Positions 1 through 6,658 of a stretch of DNA of 40,993 nt are shown piece after piece. Numbering within the stretch: the first letter of the stretch is position 1; each line of letters begins with the position of its first letter. A program made the translations under genes and the position numbers. Source of the DNA: a virus (Duplodnaviria > Caudoviricetes); IMG/VR virus record IMGVR_UViG_3300017965_000006, positions 1 through 40,993 of that record. One strand, given 5' to 3'. The notes below the pieces were generated by a model. It did no database searches. It saw nothing but the letters and a program-made list of their open reading frames with translations, and was not told the DNA's origin.

Positions 1-1
1 A

Positions 2-670
2 AAGGGAATTGATCCCCCAGCGTCCACCCGCCGCGCCGCGCTTGGCGCACTTCTCGCAGCCCCGGCAGTCGTCGCGCTAGGCGCTTCGGCCGCGATGGCT
101 TCCCTTCCAGCCGACCGCGCCGAGTGGGATCGTGCCTTTGCCGCCTACGAGGCCGCGAAAGCCGAGGACGACGCTTTCAACGCGATATATGAGCGGCTGG
201 ACGCGCGATGCTCCGAAGCCCTTGAGGCGGTCGCGCACATCACCGTTGGCCCCGACCCCTACAGTGGCCGAAACCAGCCCGTCACCACCGCCGACCAGCG
301 CGCCGTGATGGAGGCCCGCTCGCTGGTCAAAGGCGTGAACGCGGGCAAGATCAAGCTGGACCTCATCCCATCGCTCCAGGAGCATTTGGCCTTTTCCCGG
401 GAATTGGCCGGCGCCGCCGACCGGCGAGACGCCGAAGTCGACGCAATCCGCGCCCGCTTCGGCATGGACGAGGCGGAGGCGAAATGGGAGGCTTTGGGGG
501 AGCGCGTCAGCGATGCCAAATGGGAGCTGATGGCGCTTCCCGCCCCGGACGGCCCGGCGCTCCTGTGGAAGCTGAACGTGCTTCTGGAGGAACACGCCGT
601 CACATGGGCGCCAAAGGCTATAGCCCCGACCATGGCCGACGCCCACCGACTCTTGCGCGGGGAGGGTTGA
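2..670 (+). CDS. Hypothetical phage protein, 5' truncated, with twin-arginine-like N-terminal segment
   Basis: The frame of ORF 95..670 is open back to position 2 and reads KGIDPPASTRRAALGALLAAPAVVALGASAAMA; the body is helical and Ala/Glu-rich. Confidence 0.75.
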   Translation, partial: KGIDPPASTRRAALGALLAAPAVVALGASAAMASLPADRAEWDRAFAAYEAAKAEDDAFNAIYERLDARCSEALEAVAHITVGPDPYSGRNQPVTTADQRAVMEARSLVKGVNAGKIKLDLIPSLQEHLAFSRELAGAADRRDAEVDAIRARFGMDEAEAKWEALGERVSDAKWELMALPAPDGPALLWKLNVLLEEHAVTWAPKAIAPTMADAHRLLRGEG

Positions 671-673
671 ACC

Positions 674-979
674 ATGGCGACGACCCCCACCACGACCGCC
701 CAGGCGCCCGCCAATCCCTTCGACACGCTGACCTCGGTTTCATGCGCGCTCGAGCAGCACAAGGCGGCGCTCGCCCTTCTCTCAACTCAACTCCATGAGA
801 TTTTGGAGGAGGAGCGGATACCCGACAACGCGAAGGCCCGCCTCTATCAGAATTGGCTCCTGCTGGAGATCATGCAGCGGGACCTCGCCGCGACCGATGA
901 GGCCTTCGCCACGGCGGAGTCGGCCCTGCATCAAGCGGGCATCCCGGCGCAATTCGAGAAGCCGCGCCTCGCCGCCTGA
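674..979 (+). CDS. Hypothetical helical protein (101 aa)
   Basis: GGAGGG RBS upstream, starts 3 nt after the previous stop, GC3-rich codons. Confidence 0.8.
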   Translation: MATTPTTTAQAPANPFDTLTSVSCALEQHKAALALLSTQLHEILEEERIPDNAKARLYQNWLLLEIMQRDLAATDEAFATAESALHQAGIPAQFEKPRLAA

Positions 980-1056
980 CCGCGCGACCCGAAGGGCGGC
1001 GGGCCGATCCTGCCGCCCTTCCAGCCGCACGGAAGCGGAGAAGGAGCAATATCACC
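980..1056 (+). repeat. Intergenic hairpin element E1
   Basis: GAAGGGCGGCGGG (991-1003) pairs with CCTGCCGCCCTTC (1009-1021); flanks ACCC/CAGC; then CCGC-N6-GCGG and AAGGAG. Confidence 0.8.
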
Positions 1057-1800
1057 ATGACTTCACAGACACAGTTTGCGGCTACCGTCACCGGAGCGCT
1101 CGCCCAGGTCGTTGCCGACAAGGCCCGCGCATATGCCGACGACCCCGCGAGCGGCCTTGCCCGGGGACGGTTCGAGTCCGCCCTTTCCCTTTTCGACAGG
1201 CACCGCGAAACAACGGAGGCTGCCCGTTGCCGGGTGCCGAGCGAGGCCGAGCGCCGCTCTCGCCACGACCTGAACGACTACGTTCGCGAAGCCCGCGAGG
1301 AGCGGGAGGCCCGCGACGGCCCCACGGTGACGCAGCAAGCCCGCATCCTTCGGATTCTCGGCGGCCTTGCTCTCGACCTCTGCCACGACGACGAGGACAA
1401 GCGCCAGCGCATTGCCGCCGCGCTCGACGGCAGCGACGACGCGGCATTGCTCGCCACGATGGAGAAGGCGTTCGGCAAGGGACCGAAGGCCCGGCCTTTG
1501 GGACTCGGCGGCCCCGTCATCGCCCTGGAGGTTCGCGGAGGTTCCATGCTGCCGCGCTTCGCGCCCGGCGACACGGTTTATATTCAGCGGAACGAGGAAG
1601 GCGTACCCGCCGAGGCGATCGGCAAGAATTGCGCCGTTCGCCTCACCAGCGGCGAAACCTATCTCGGAAAGCTGGAGGAGGGCACGGAACCGGGCCGCTA
1701 CACCCTCACCCACACCAACGCCGACCCCCGGCCCAATCTCGAACTGGAATGGGCCGCGTCCGTCCTGTTCCGGATGCCCGCCGTGCAGGACCCCGACTGA
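1057..1800 (+). CDS. Protein with C-terminal S24 (LexA/CI-type) peptidase domain and non-HTH N-terminus
   Basis: ALEVRGGSMLPRFAPGDTVYI...CAVRLTSGETYLGKL matches the S24 Ser/Lys pattern; AAGGAG RBS. Confidence 0.8.
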   Translation: MTSQTQFAATVTGALAQVVADKARAYADDPASGLARGRFESALSLFDRHRETTEAARCRVPSEAERRSRHDLNDYVREAREEREARDGPTVTQQARILRILGGLALDLCHDDEDKRQRIAAALDGSDDAALLATMEKAFGKGPKARPLGLGGPVIALEVRGGSMLPRFAPGDTVYIQRNEEGVPAEAIGKNCAVRLTSGETYLGKLEEGTEPGRYTLTHTNADPRPNLELEWAASVLFRMPAVQDPD

Positions 1801-1878
1801 CCTCCTGCCCCGACCTGGGCGGCGGCGCGGGGAGGTGCCGCCGTCCTAGCCGGGACAGGACCCGGAAGGAGAATGACC
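1801..1878 (+). repeat. Intergenic hairpin element E2
   Basis: GGGCGGCGGCGC (1817-1828) pairs with GTGCCGCCGTCC (1835-1846); flanks ACCT/TAGC; then CCGGG-N6-CCCGG and AAGGAG. Confidence 0.8.
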
Positions 1879-2097
1879 ATGACCCTCACCATCGACCACG
1901 CGCAAAGCCTGCTTCTCGCCCTGCTTTGCTATTTCGTCATCTGGCCGCGCTTGCGCGAGGCCTTCGTGGAATCCCGCTTCGGCGGCCGGATCAGGGAGCG
2001 CCGGAGAGAGCGGCATTTCGCCTTCCTGCGCGAGCGGCGGCGCCTGCTGAACGAGGCTCAGCAGCGCCTCGACGCGGAGCGTGCCGCCCGGGCCTGA
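1879..2097 (+). CDS. Small single-TM membrane protein with basic tail
   Basis: AGGAGA RBS; hydrophobic SLLLALLCYFVIWP followed by an Arg-rich helix; alternative start at 1873. Confidence 0.7.
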   Translation: MTLTIDHAQSLLLALLCYFVIWPRLREAFVESRFGGRIRERRRERHFAFLRERRRLLNEAQQRLDAERAARA

Positions 2098-2190
2098 CCC
2101 CCTGTCGCGAGCCCGAGGGGCGGGAATGGGTTCCATCATGGAAACCTTTCCGCCCTTCCACCCGCGACAGTGCGGAACAGGAGAATGACG
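2098..2190 (+). repeat. Intergenic hairpin element E3
   Basis: Outer stem CTGTCGCG (2102-2109)/CGCGACAG (2163-2170); inner stem GAGGGGCGGGAA (2115-2126)/TTTCCGCCCTTC (2147-2158); apical TTCCAT-C-ATGGAA. Confidence 0.8.
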
Positions 2191-2499
2191 ATGGACGACA
2201 AGGACAGGCAATTCGACCCCCGCGCGGAGGCTGAGGCCTTCGGAAATTGGGACCCGGAGAACGCCAGCGATGATGAGCGATTCGCGGTCGGCATGATGCA
2301 GAGCGTGGCCCGATACGAGAAGGAGCGGATCGCGGAGTTGCGCGAGCAACTGGCGGCGGAAGCGGCAGAGCGAGAAGCGGAAACCCGTCGCATCGTGCGG
2401 GAGGAGATCGCCGCGCACGACGCCGAGCAGGGAAAGGCGCTACGCGACTGGAAGCCCACCAGCCTCAAAGCCGACCTCGCCGAGGGCGCCGACCGCTGA
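2191..2499 (+). CDS. Hypothetical acidic coiled-coil protein
   Basis: AGGAGAATGACGATG start context nearly identical to that of the previous gene; charged helical sequence. Confidence 0.75.
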   Translation: MDDKDRQFDPRAEAEAFGNWDPENASDDERFAVGMMQSVARYEKERIAELREQLAAEAAEREAETRRIVREEIAAHDAEQGKALRDWKPTSLKADLAEGADR

Positions 2500-2576
2500 C
2501 CCTGGAGGGTGGCGCGGCAATAGTCCTGATCCTCAATAATGCGAACAGTGTTCGCGAAATGAGGCTGTGCTGCCTC

Positions 2577-2795
2577 CTAGCCGCGGCCTTGTGGCCAGTC
2601 GGTAACAAACGCTTCGACTGGCCACATATGCGGCGAGCTGGTCTTCGGGCAGGCCGCCGAAGTGTGACCGCCCCGGCCGCAATATCCGCACCGCAACCGA
2701 CGGCGGTTACCTTGGCCGCCTGCCGTCTTCGGGCAGAGATCGGCGACATGATCGGCGGAGCCGCAATATGTGCATCGCCTACGAGGGAACAACAC
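2577..2795 (-). CDS. Double CCHC zinc-knuckle protein (about 72 aa)
   Basis: CTYCGSADHVADLC and CGYCGRGGHTSAAC both fit CX2CX4HX4C; GTG start 10 nt after the cro-like stop; exact start uncertain. Confidence 0.75.
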   Translation of the reverse strand: MLFPRRRCTYCGSADHVADLCPKTAGGQGNRRRLRCGYCGRGGHTSAACPKTSSPHMWPVEAFVTDWPQGRG

Positions 2796-2805
2796 CGTCG
2801 GAGTT

Positions 2806-3063
2806 TCAGGCGTACTTGGCGAGGTCGATCGGCCGGCCCAGATCGCGGGCAGCGGCGGCAATGCGAATGAGCCAAGTGCCTGGCACGGATCCGCGCTCGA
2901 ACCACTTTTCCACGGTGCGGTGGCTGACTCTCTCGCCCGGGGAGCTCAGCATTCCCGCCAAGGCGATATACTGCGCCCGCTTTGTTTCTGCCGGCGGGCA
3001 GCCCGTTGCATCGCTCAAAAGTTGATCGAGCTTGGGTGCGGATGCTGATTTCGCGTTCGCCAT
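2806..3063 (-). CDS. Cro-like HTH regulator (85 aa)
   Basis: Divergent from the XRE repressor; VSHRTVEKWFERGSVP recognition-helix-like segment; ATG at 3063 preferred over the 3186 ORF start. Confidence 0.7.
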   Translation of the reverse strand: MANAKSASAPKLDQLLSDATGCPPAETKRAQYIALAGMLSSPGERVSHRTVEKWFERGSVPGTWLIRIAAAARDLGRPIDLAKYA

Positions 3064-3069
3064 TTCCGG

Positions 3070-3098
3070 AGCATGGTCAACAAACCCCCCTAGGTCAA
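3070..3098 (-). promoter_or_regulatory. Sigma70-type promoter for the cro-like gene (probably leaderless)
   Basis: Minus strand TTGACC-N17-CATGCT followed by 6 nt and the ATG at 3063. Confidence 0.55.
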
Positions 3099-3197
3099 TG
3101 ACAGTTTCGACGGATTGTCGGAGATTTTCGTTGACCGCTGATATCCCCAAGATGTAGGCACGACGTTCACTGTGCAAATCGCGCAAAGGGGATCATC

Positions 3198-3626
3198 ATG
3201 ACCAGACAGCCGCGCCACGCCTTGCCGCCAGCGGAAGAGGGCCCCGCCGGGCTGGAGCCCAGGGAGCTTTCCAAGCAGGAGTTCGGGCGGCGCCTGATGC
3301 ACTTCACCGCCACGAAGGGTTGGAATCAGGCCGAGCTTGCCCGACAGGCGGGCATTGGCCGGGACTCGGTCAGCAACTACGTCAACGGCAACCAGTTTCC
3401 CGGCCCGAAGGCGCTCCAGAAACTCTGCGATGCGCTGGGCGTCACCAGAGAGCAGCTTCTGCCGAACAGCCTTCGCCTCGCGGTCGATGCCGAGGAGCCG
3501 GCGATTGAGCTCAAGCAGGCCCCCGGCCATCCGGACAAAGCGTGGCTCAAGATAAACCGAGCTATGAGCTTCGGGACCGCGGCGGCGATCATCGCCCTGA
3601 TAAAAGAAGAAGATGCTCAGGCGTGA
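3198..3626 (+). CDS. XRE-family HTH repressor (CI-like, no peptidase domain)
   Basis: FGRRL...GWNQAELARQAGIGRDSVSNYVNG...LQKLCDALGV is a classic HTH_3 signature. Confidence 0.9.
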   Translation: MTRQPRHALPPAEEGPAGLEPRELSKQEFGRRLMHFTATKGWNQAELARQAGIGRDSVSNYVNGNQFPGPKALQKLCDALGVTREQLLPNSLRLAVDAEEPAIELKQAPGHPDKAWLKINRAMSFGTAAAIIALIKEEDAQA

Positions 3627-3925
3627 CCGAGGAGCGCCGCTTCACCAAGGCCGAGTGCGCCGCTGAAATCCGGAAATCCGTCCGGACGATCGACCGCCTG
3701 ATTGCCAGTGGGGAGGTCCGCTACCTTCCCGGTCGACCCGTCACCATCGCGGAGAGCGACTGGCGGGCGTATGTCGAGAGGAATTCCCAATGCCGAGAGC
3801 GAACAACGGGCCGTACATCAAGCCCAACCGGTACGGGGTCTATGAAATCCGCTGGTCGGAGGGAGGACGATCTTGCCGCCGCACGACTGGCTCGAAAGAT
3901 CCACACTTCGCTCAGAAAGCATTAG
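3623..3925 (+). CDS. Excisionase-like winged HTH protein
   Basis: GTGA overlap with the repressor stop; FTKAECAAEIRKSVRTIDRLIASGEV is HTH_17-like; C-terminal tail overlaps int. Confidence 0.75.
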   Translation: MTEERRFTKAECAAEIRKSVRTIDRLIASGEVRYLPGRPVTIAESDWRAYVERNSQCRERTTGRTSSPTGTGSMKSAGRREDDLAAARLARKIHTSLRKH

Positions 3926-4959
3926 CGCACTTCATCCTGCTCGAGGAACGTGCCGCGCTCGCGGAGAAGAGTGAGGGACACCTTATGGTCGCGGAGTGCA
4001 TCGGCGACCCGGAGGTGCCGGGCAAGGATTATTGGCACGAGCATGTGGTGCCGAAAGTCGCCGCGAAGGAGCGGGCTCGGCTCAACCGGCTCAAGCTGAT
4101 TGCGCATTTCGGCGCCCTGGCTGTGCGGGACATCACTCCGGATGACGTCCAGGATTATGTGGACCGGCGATCCTCCAAGCCCCGCCACCTTTGGACCGAG
4201 CGGGCGCGAAAGCTCGGGCCGCTGGGTCGTCCGTCCTGTCCGCACACGATTTCGACGGAGCTGTCCACGCTCAACGCCGCTATCAACCATGCGCGGAAAA
4301 AGCAGCGGCTGCCTCGCGAGCACCAGCCTTTCATCCAGCTTCCTGGAACGTCCCCGCCAAGGGACCGGTGGCTGACCGAGGATGAGGCCGACGCCCTCCT
4401 CGCCGCCGCCTGCGAGCCCCAAATTCGGCAGAAGGACAAGAAGCGCCTGCCGCGGGTCTATATCTTCGTCGCGCTGGCGTTGAACACGGCCAGCCGGAAG
4501 GCGGCGATCGAGCAGATGAAGTGGACGCAGATCGACTTCGAGCGGAGGCGCATCTACCTCAATCCGGAGGGCAGGGAGCAGACCAAGAAGCGCCGGCCGA
4601 CCGTGCCTATCAGCGACGAGCTGTTGCCGATCCTGACCCGGGCGCGAGCGGAGACGAATTCGGATTACGTCCTCGGCCACCCGGGCGCGATCCGCACAGC
4701 CTTCGACAATGCGGTGGTCAGGGCGGGCCTGGAAGCGACCGGCAAGAAGAAGGCCACTCCTCACGTCCTGCGACACACCTGGGGCACCTGGGCGGCTCAG
4801 GGCGGCATGAGCATGTTCGACATCGCCGGGGTCATGGGCGACACGGTGGAGACGGTCACAAAGACCTATGCCCACCATCACCCGGACTATCTGCGTGATG
4901 CCGTGAACAACGTTCGCCCCTCCTCGCGGCAGCAACCCGTGCTAAGGGTGGTCGCATGA
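3790..4959 (+). CDS. int: Tyrosine recombinase / phage integrase
   Basis: Catalytic R (TASRK), K (QTKK), HVLRH, and YAHH with catalytic Tyr; adjacent to a tRNA fragment. Confidence 0.95.
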   Translation: MPRANNGPYIKPNRYGVYEIRWSEGGRSCRRTTGSKDPHFAQKALAHFILLEERAALAEKSEGHLMVAECIGDPEVPGKDYWHEHVVPKVAAKERARLNRLKLIAHFGALAVRDITPDDVQDYVDRRSSKPRHLWTERARKLGPLGRPSCPHTISTELSTLNAAINHARKKQRLPREHQPFIQLPGTSPPRDRWLTEDEADALLAAACEPQIRQKDKKRLPRVYIFVALALNTASRKAAIEQMKWTQIDFERRRIYLNPEGREQTKKRRPTVPISDELLPILTRARAETNSDYVLGHPGAIRTAFDNAVVRAGLEATGKKKATPHVLRHTWGTWAAQGGMSMFDIAGVMGDTVETVTKTYAHHHPDYLRDAVNNVRPSSRQQPVLRVVA

Positions 4960-5108
4960 ATGAGCGTCAACCTCTTTGGCCCATGCACCTGAGCGAGGAG
5001 GACAAAGCTGAGCTGCTGCGTCGTCACGAAAGGCTTAGCCCTGACGATTACCGCAAGCTCTATCTCTGCGACTGGCCAATCCCAGATGAGCGCGAACCGG
5101 GGCGTTGA
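4956..5108 (+). CDS. 50-aa hypothetical protein (below the ORF-track cutoff)
   Basis: ATGA overlap with the int stop; MNERQPLWPMHLSEEDKAELLRRHERLSPDDYRKLYLCDWPIPDEREPGR. Confidence 0.55.
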   Translation: MNERQPLWPMHLSEEDKAELLRRHERLSPDDYRKLYLCDWPIPDEREPGR

Positions 5109-5220
5109 CCGGCGCGTAACGCCCCGCTGCGCATTGATTTTGTCGGCTTCTGTCGATCAACGGCAGGGTGCCGCGAGAGGCTCAAGCTGTTTATACCTGT
5201 CGATCAACAGAGTTAGTCAG

Positions 5221-5269
5221 TGTGTTGACATCGCAGGGGTCGCAAGTTCAATCCTTGCCACGCCCACCA
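5221..5269 (+). other. att core: 3' part of tRNA-Val(GAC), from the anticodon arm to CCA
   Basis: TGTG-TTGACAT-CGCA anticodon arm, GTTCAAT T-loop, CGCCCACCA end; no matching GGGCG 5' acceptor strand or D arm upstream. Confidence 0.9.
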
Positions 5270-5272
5270 TTA

Positions 5273-5309
5273 GAAAGTCCCGCCGGGTCAACGGCTTGGC
5301 GGGACTTTC
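5273..5309. terminator. Bidirectional intrinsic terminator after the tRNA fragment
   Basis: GAAAGTCCCGCC (5273-5284)/GGCGGGACTTTC (5298-5309) inverted repeat between convergent units. Confidence 0.75.
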
Positions 5310-5342
5310 ATCCTCCAATCAACTCCGGACAACATCCCCATT

Positions 5343-5366
5343 CTGCGCACTATGCTGCGCGCTACG
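5343..5366 (+). repeat. Tandem 12-bp repeats, candidate integrase arm sites
   Basis: CTGCGCACTATG CTGCGCGCTACG; a related CTGCGCATTG lies at 5127-5136 on the other side of the core. Confidence 0.45.
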
Positions 5367-5880
5367 ATGCGAAGCCGGCTCGAACGGCGGCGAATAGGTC
5401 CGCGGAGAAAGCCGGGTCCGGGGCAGGGCTGATAAGCGTAAATCCCAACAGGTCGCTAGAGCGAGCAAGGTCCCTGGCCTGGCTCGCGGTCGACGTGCCA
5501 TAGGGTCGCGGGATAGAGCGAATGGCGAGAGACGCGCCCCCTCGCTGCGCATAGTCGATAAGGGCCGTGAAGCGGTCGCGGCGGTCCTCGCCAACGAAGA
5601 AGACCAGTTGCCGGGCGCCCTGATCCATCAGCTCGCCGAGCGCCGAAAACGGGTTGGTGGTTAATCTGGCCGAGGTGCCGAACGCCCGATCGACAAAGGC
5701 TTTCTTTGTTTCCGGGGGTAGAGGATTTTTGTCTCGATCCTTGGTCCGCGTCAAAAAAACTATCGCTTCGCCGCCTTCGGCTGCTGCTGCATCGGTCAAG
5801 GCGGCGACAAGCGCTCCGTGGCCGATCGTTGGCGGGTTCATGCGGCCACAGGTGAAAAAACAAATGTGGTCGGCGCTCAC
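5362..5880 (-). CDS. HIGH-superfamily nucleotidyltransferase (cytidyltransferase-like)
   Basis: FTCGRMNPPTIGH (TxGH variant of HIGH), KNPL, FVGEDR, TASQAR; GTG at 5880 overlaps the upstream stop. Confidence 0.85.
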   Translation of the reverse strand: MSADHICFFTCGRMNPPTIGHGALVAALTDAAAAEGGEAIVFLTRTKDRDKNPLPPETKKAFVDRAFGTSARLTTNPFSALGELMDQGARQLVFFVGEDRRDRFTALIDYAQRGGASLAIRSIPRPYGTSTASQARDLARSSDLLGFTLISPAPDPAFSADLFAAVRAGFAS

Positions 5881-6056
5881 CCTCCTGCTTCCTCCATCAT
5901 CGAACGCACCGGAGTCGCCTCGCGATAGAGGGTCCGGACCGCCATAGCCGCCTCGGAATGCTGCTGTTCGGCTATGTCGCAGCGGCCTCGGCACCGTCGC
6001 GCATCACGCGGGCAGCAAAGGGCCTTCGCTATGTCGTGCAGGGTGGGCTCGGCCAT
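5877..6056 (-). CDS. 59-aa Cys-rich hypothetical protein (below the ORF-track cutoff)
   Basis: MAEPTLHDIAKALCCPRDARRCRGRCDIAEQ...; its TGA overlaps the GTG of the nucleotidyltransferase. Confidence 0.55.
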   Translation of the reverse strand: MAEPTLHDIAKALCCPRDARRCRGRCDIAEQQHSEAAMAVRTLYREATPVRSMMEEAGG

Positions 6057-6385
6057 GCAAACAGTCTACACCCGCCGCGGCGCCGGTGCTAGTGGCCGAC
6101 GGGCGTCCCCTCGCAACCCCATCCTGTGAGACTCCCTAGAGGGGGTGCTTAGCATGCATGCTACCATCCTCATTAGGCGGCGATACGCCTCCGCCCCTCA
6201 CAATCAGATACCAACTGACTGTGTGCACGAGCCGAAAACCAGCACACGCTTGAGGCTGTTTTTGGGCAGGTAGAGATAGCAATTGACCCGCTAAAGTCGG
6301 TTAGTTGGAAACATATCGTCGCCGCATGCCGTCTTTTCCGACCCGACCTAGTCGAACCTATCCGCCGTTCGCTCCGCCTTGGCGC

Positions 6386-6658
6386 TCAGCTGGGCGGTTT
6401 CCACTGACCAGCCTTCTGCGCCCGATCAAAGGCGGCATCCATGGCCGCAAAGTCGCTGGCGAGCTTGGCGCTGATCTGCCGCTTGACGGGCGCAAGCTCG
6501 GGCGGAGCCTTGGCGCCGTGGTCGTCAATGAGTTGTCGGACGCTGTTGAGGGCGACCCCGACGAGCGGATTGCCCTTGCCCAGCCGATCGGCGGCGAGCT
6601 TGAGCAGCGCGTCGGCCGCGGGCTTCAGAACGGCTGGCGGAATGGGAAGGCGGCTCAT
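6386..6658 (-). CDS. Hypothetical protein at the end of the late operon
   Basis: ATGA coupling to the upstream lipoprotein gene; AGGAG RBS. Confidence 0.7.
   Translation of the reverse strand: MSRLPIPPAVLKPAADALLKLAADRLGKGNPLVGVALNSVRQLIDDHGAKAPPELAPVKRQISAKLASDFAAMDAAFDRAQKAGQWKPPS

Noticed and set aside
980-2190. Integron attC sites or a CRISPR array
   Set aside because: No RYYYAAC/GTTRRRY ends, folding favours the top-strand RNA, the repeats are not identical, and the intervening sequences are whole genes; no cas or intI-type gene was seen.
795-2234. 479-aa Arg/Pro-rich ORF and similar long alternative-frame ORFs (11405-12631, 26572-27984, 30298-32238)
   Set aside because: Shadow frames typical of high-GC DNA, overlapping better-supported genes that have RBSs and motifs.
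2541-2555. LexA box in GCGAAC-AGT-GTTCGC
   Set aside because: The spacing fits neither GAAC-N4-GTTC nor the alphaproteobacterial GTTC-N7-GTTC, and it lies between convergent gene ends.
5195-5269. Intact tRNA-Val gene
   Set aside because: The 5' acceptor strand and D arm are missing; only the 3' 49 bp match, as expected for an att core.
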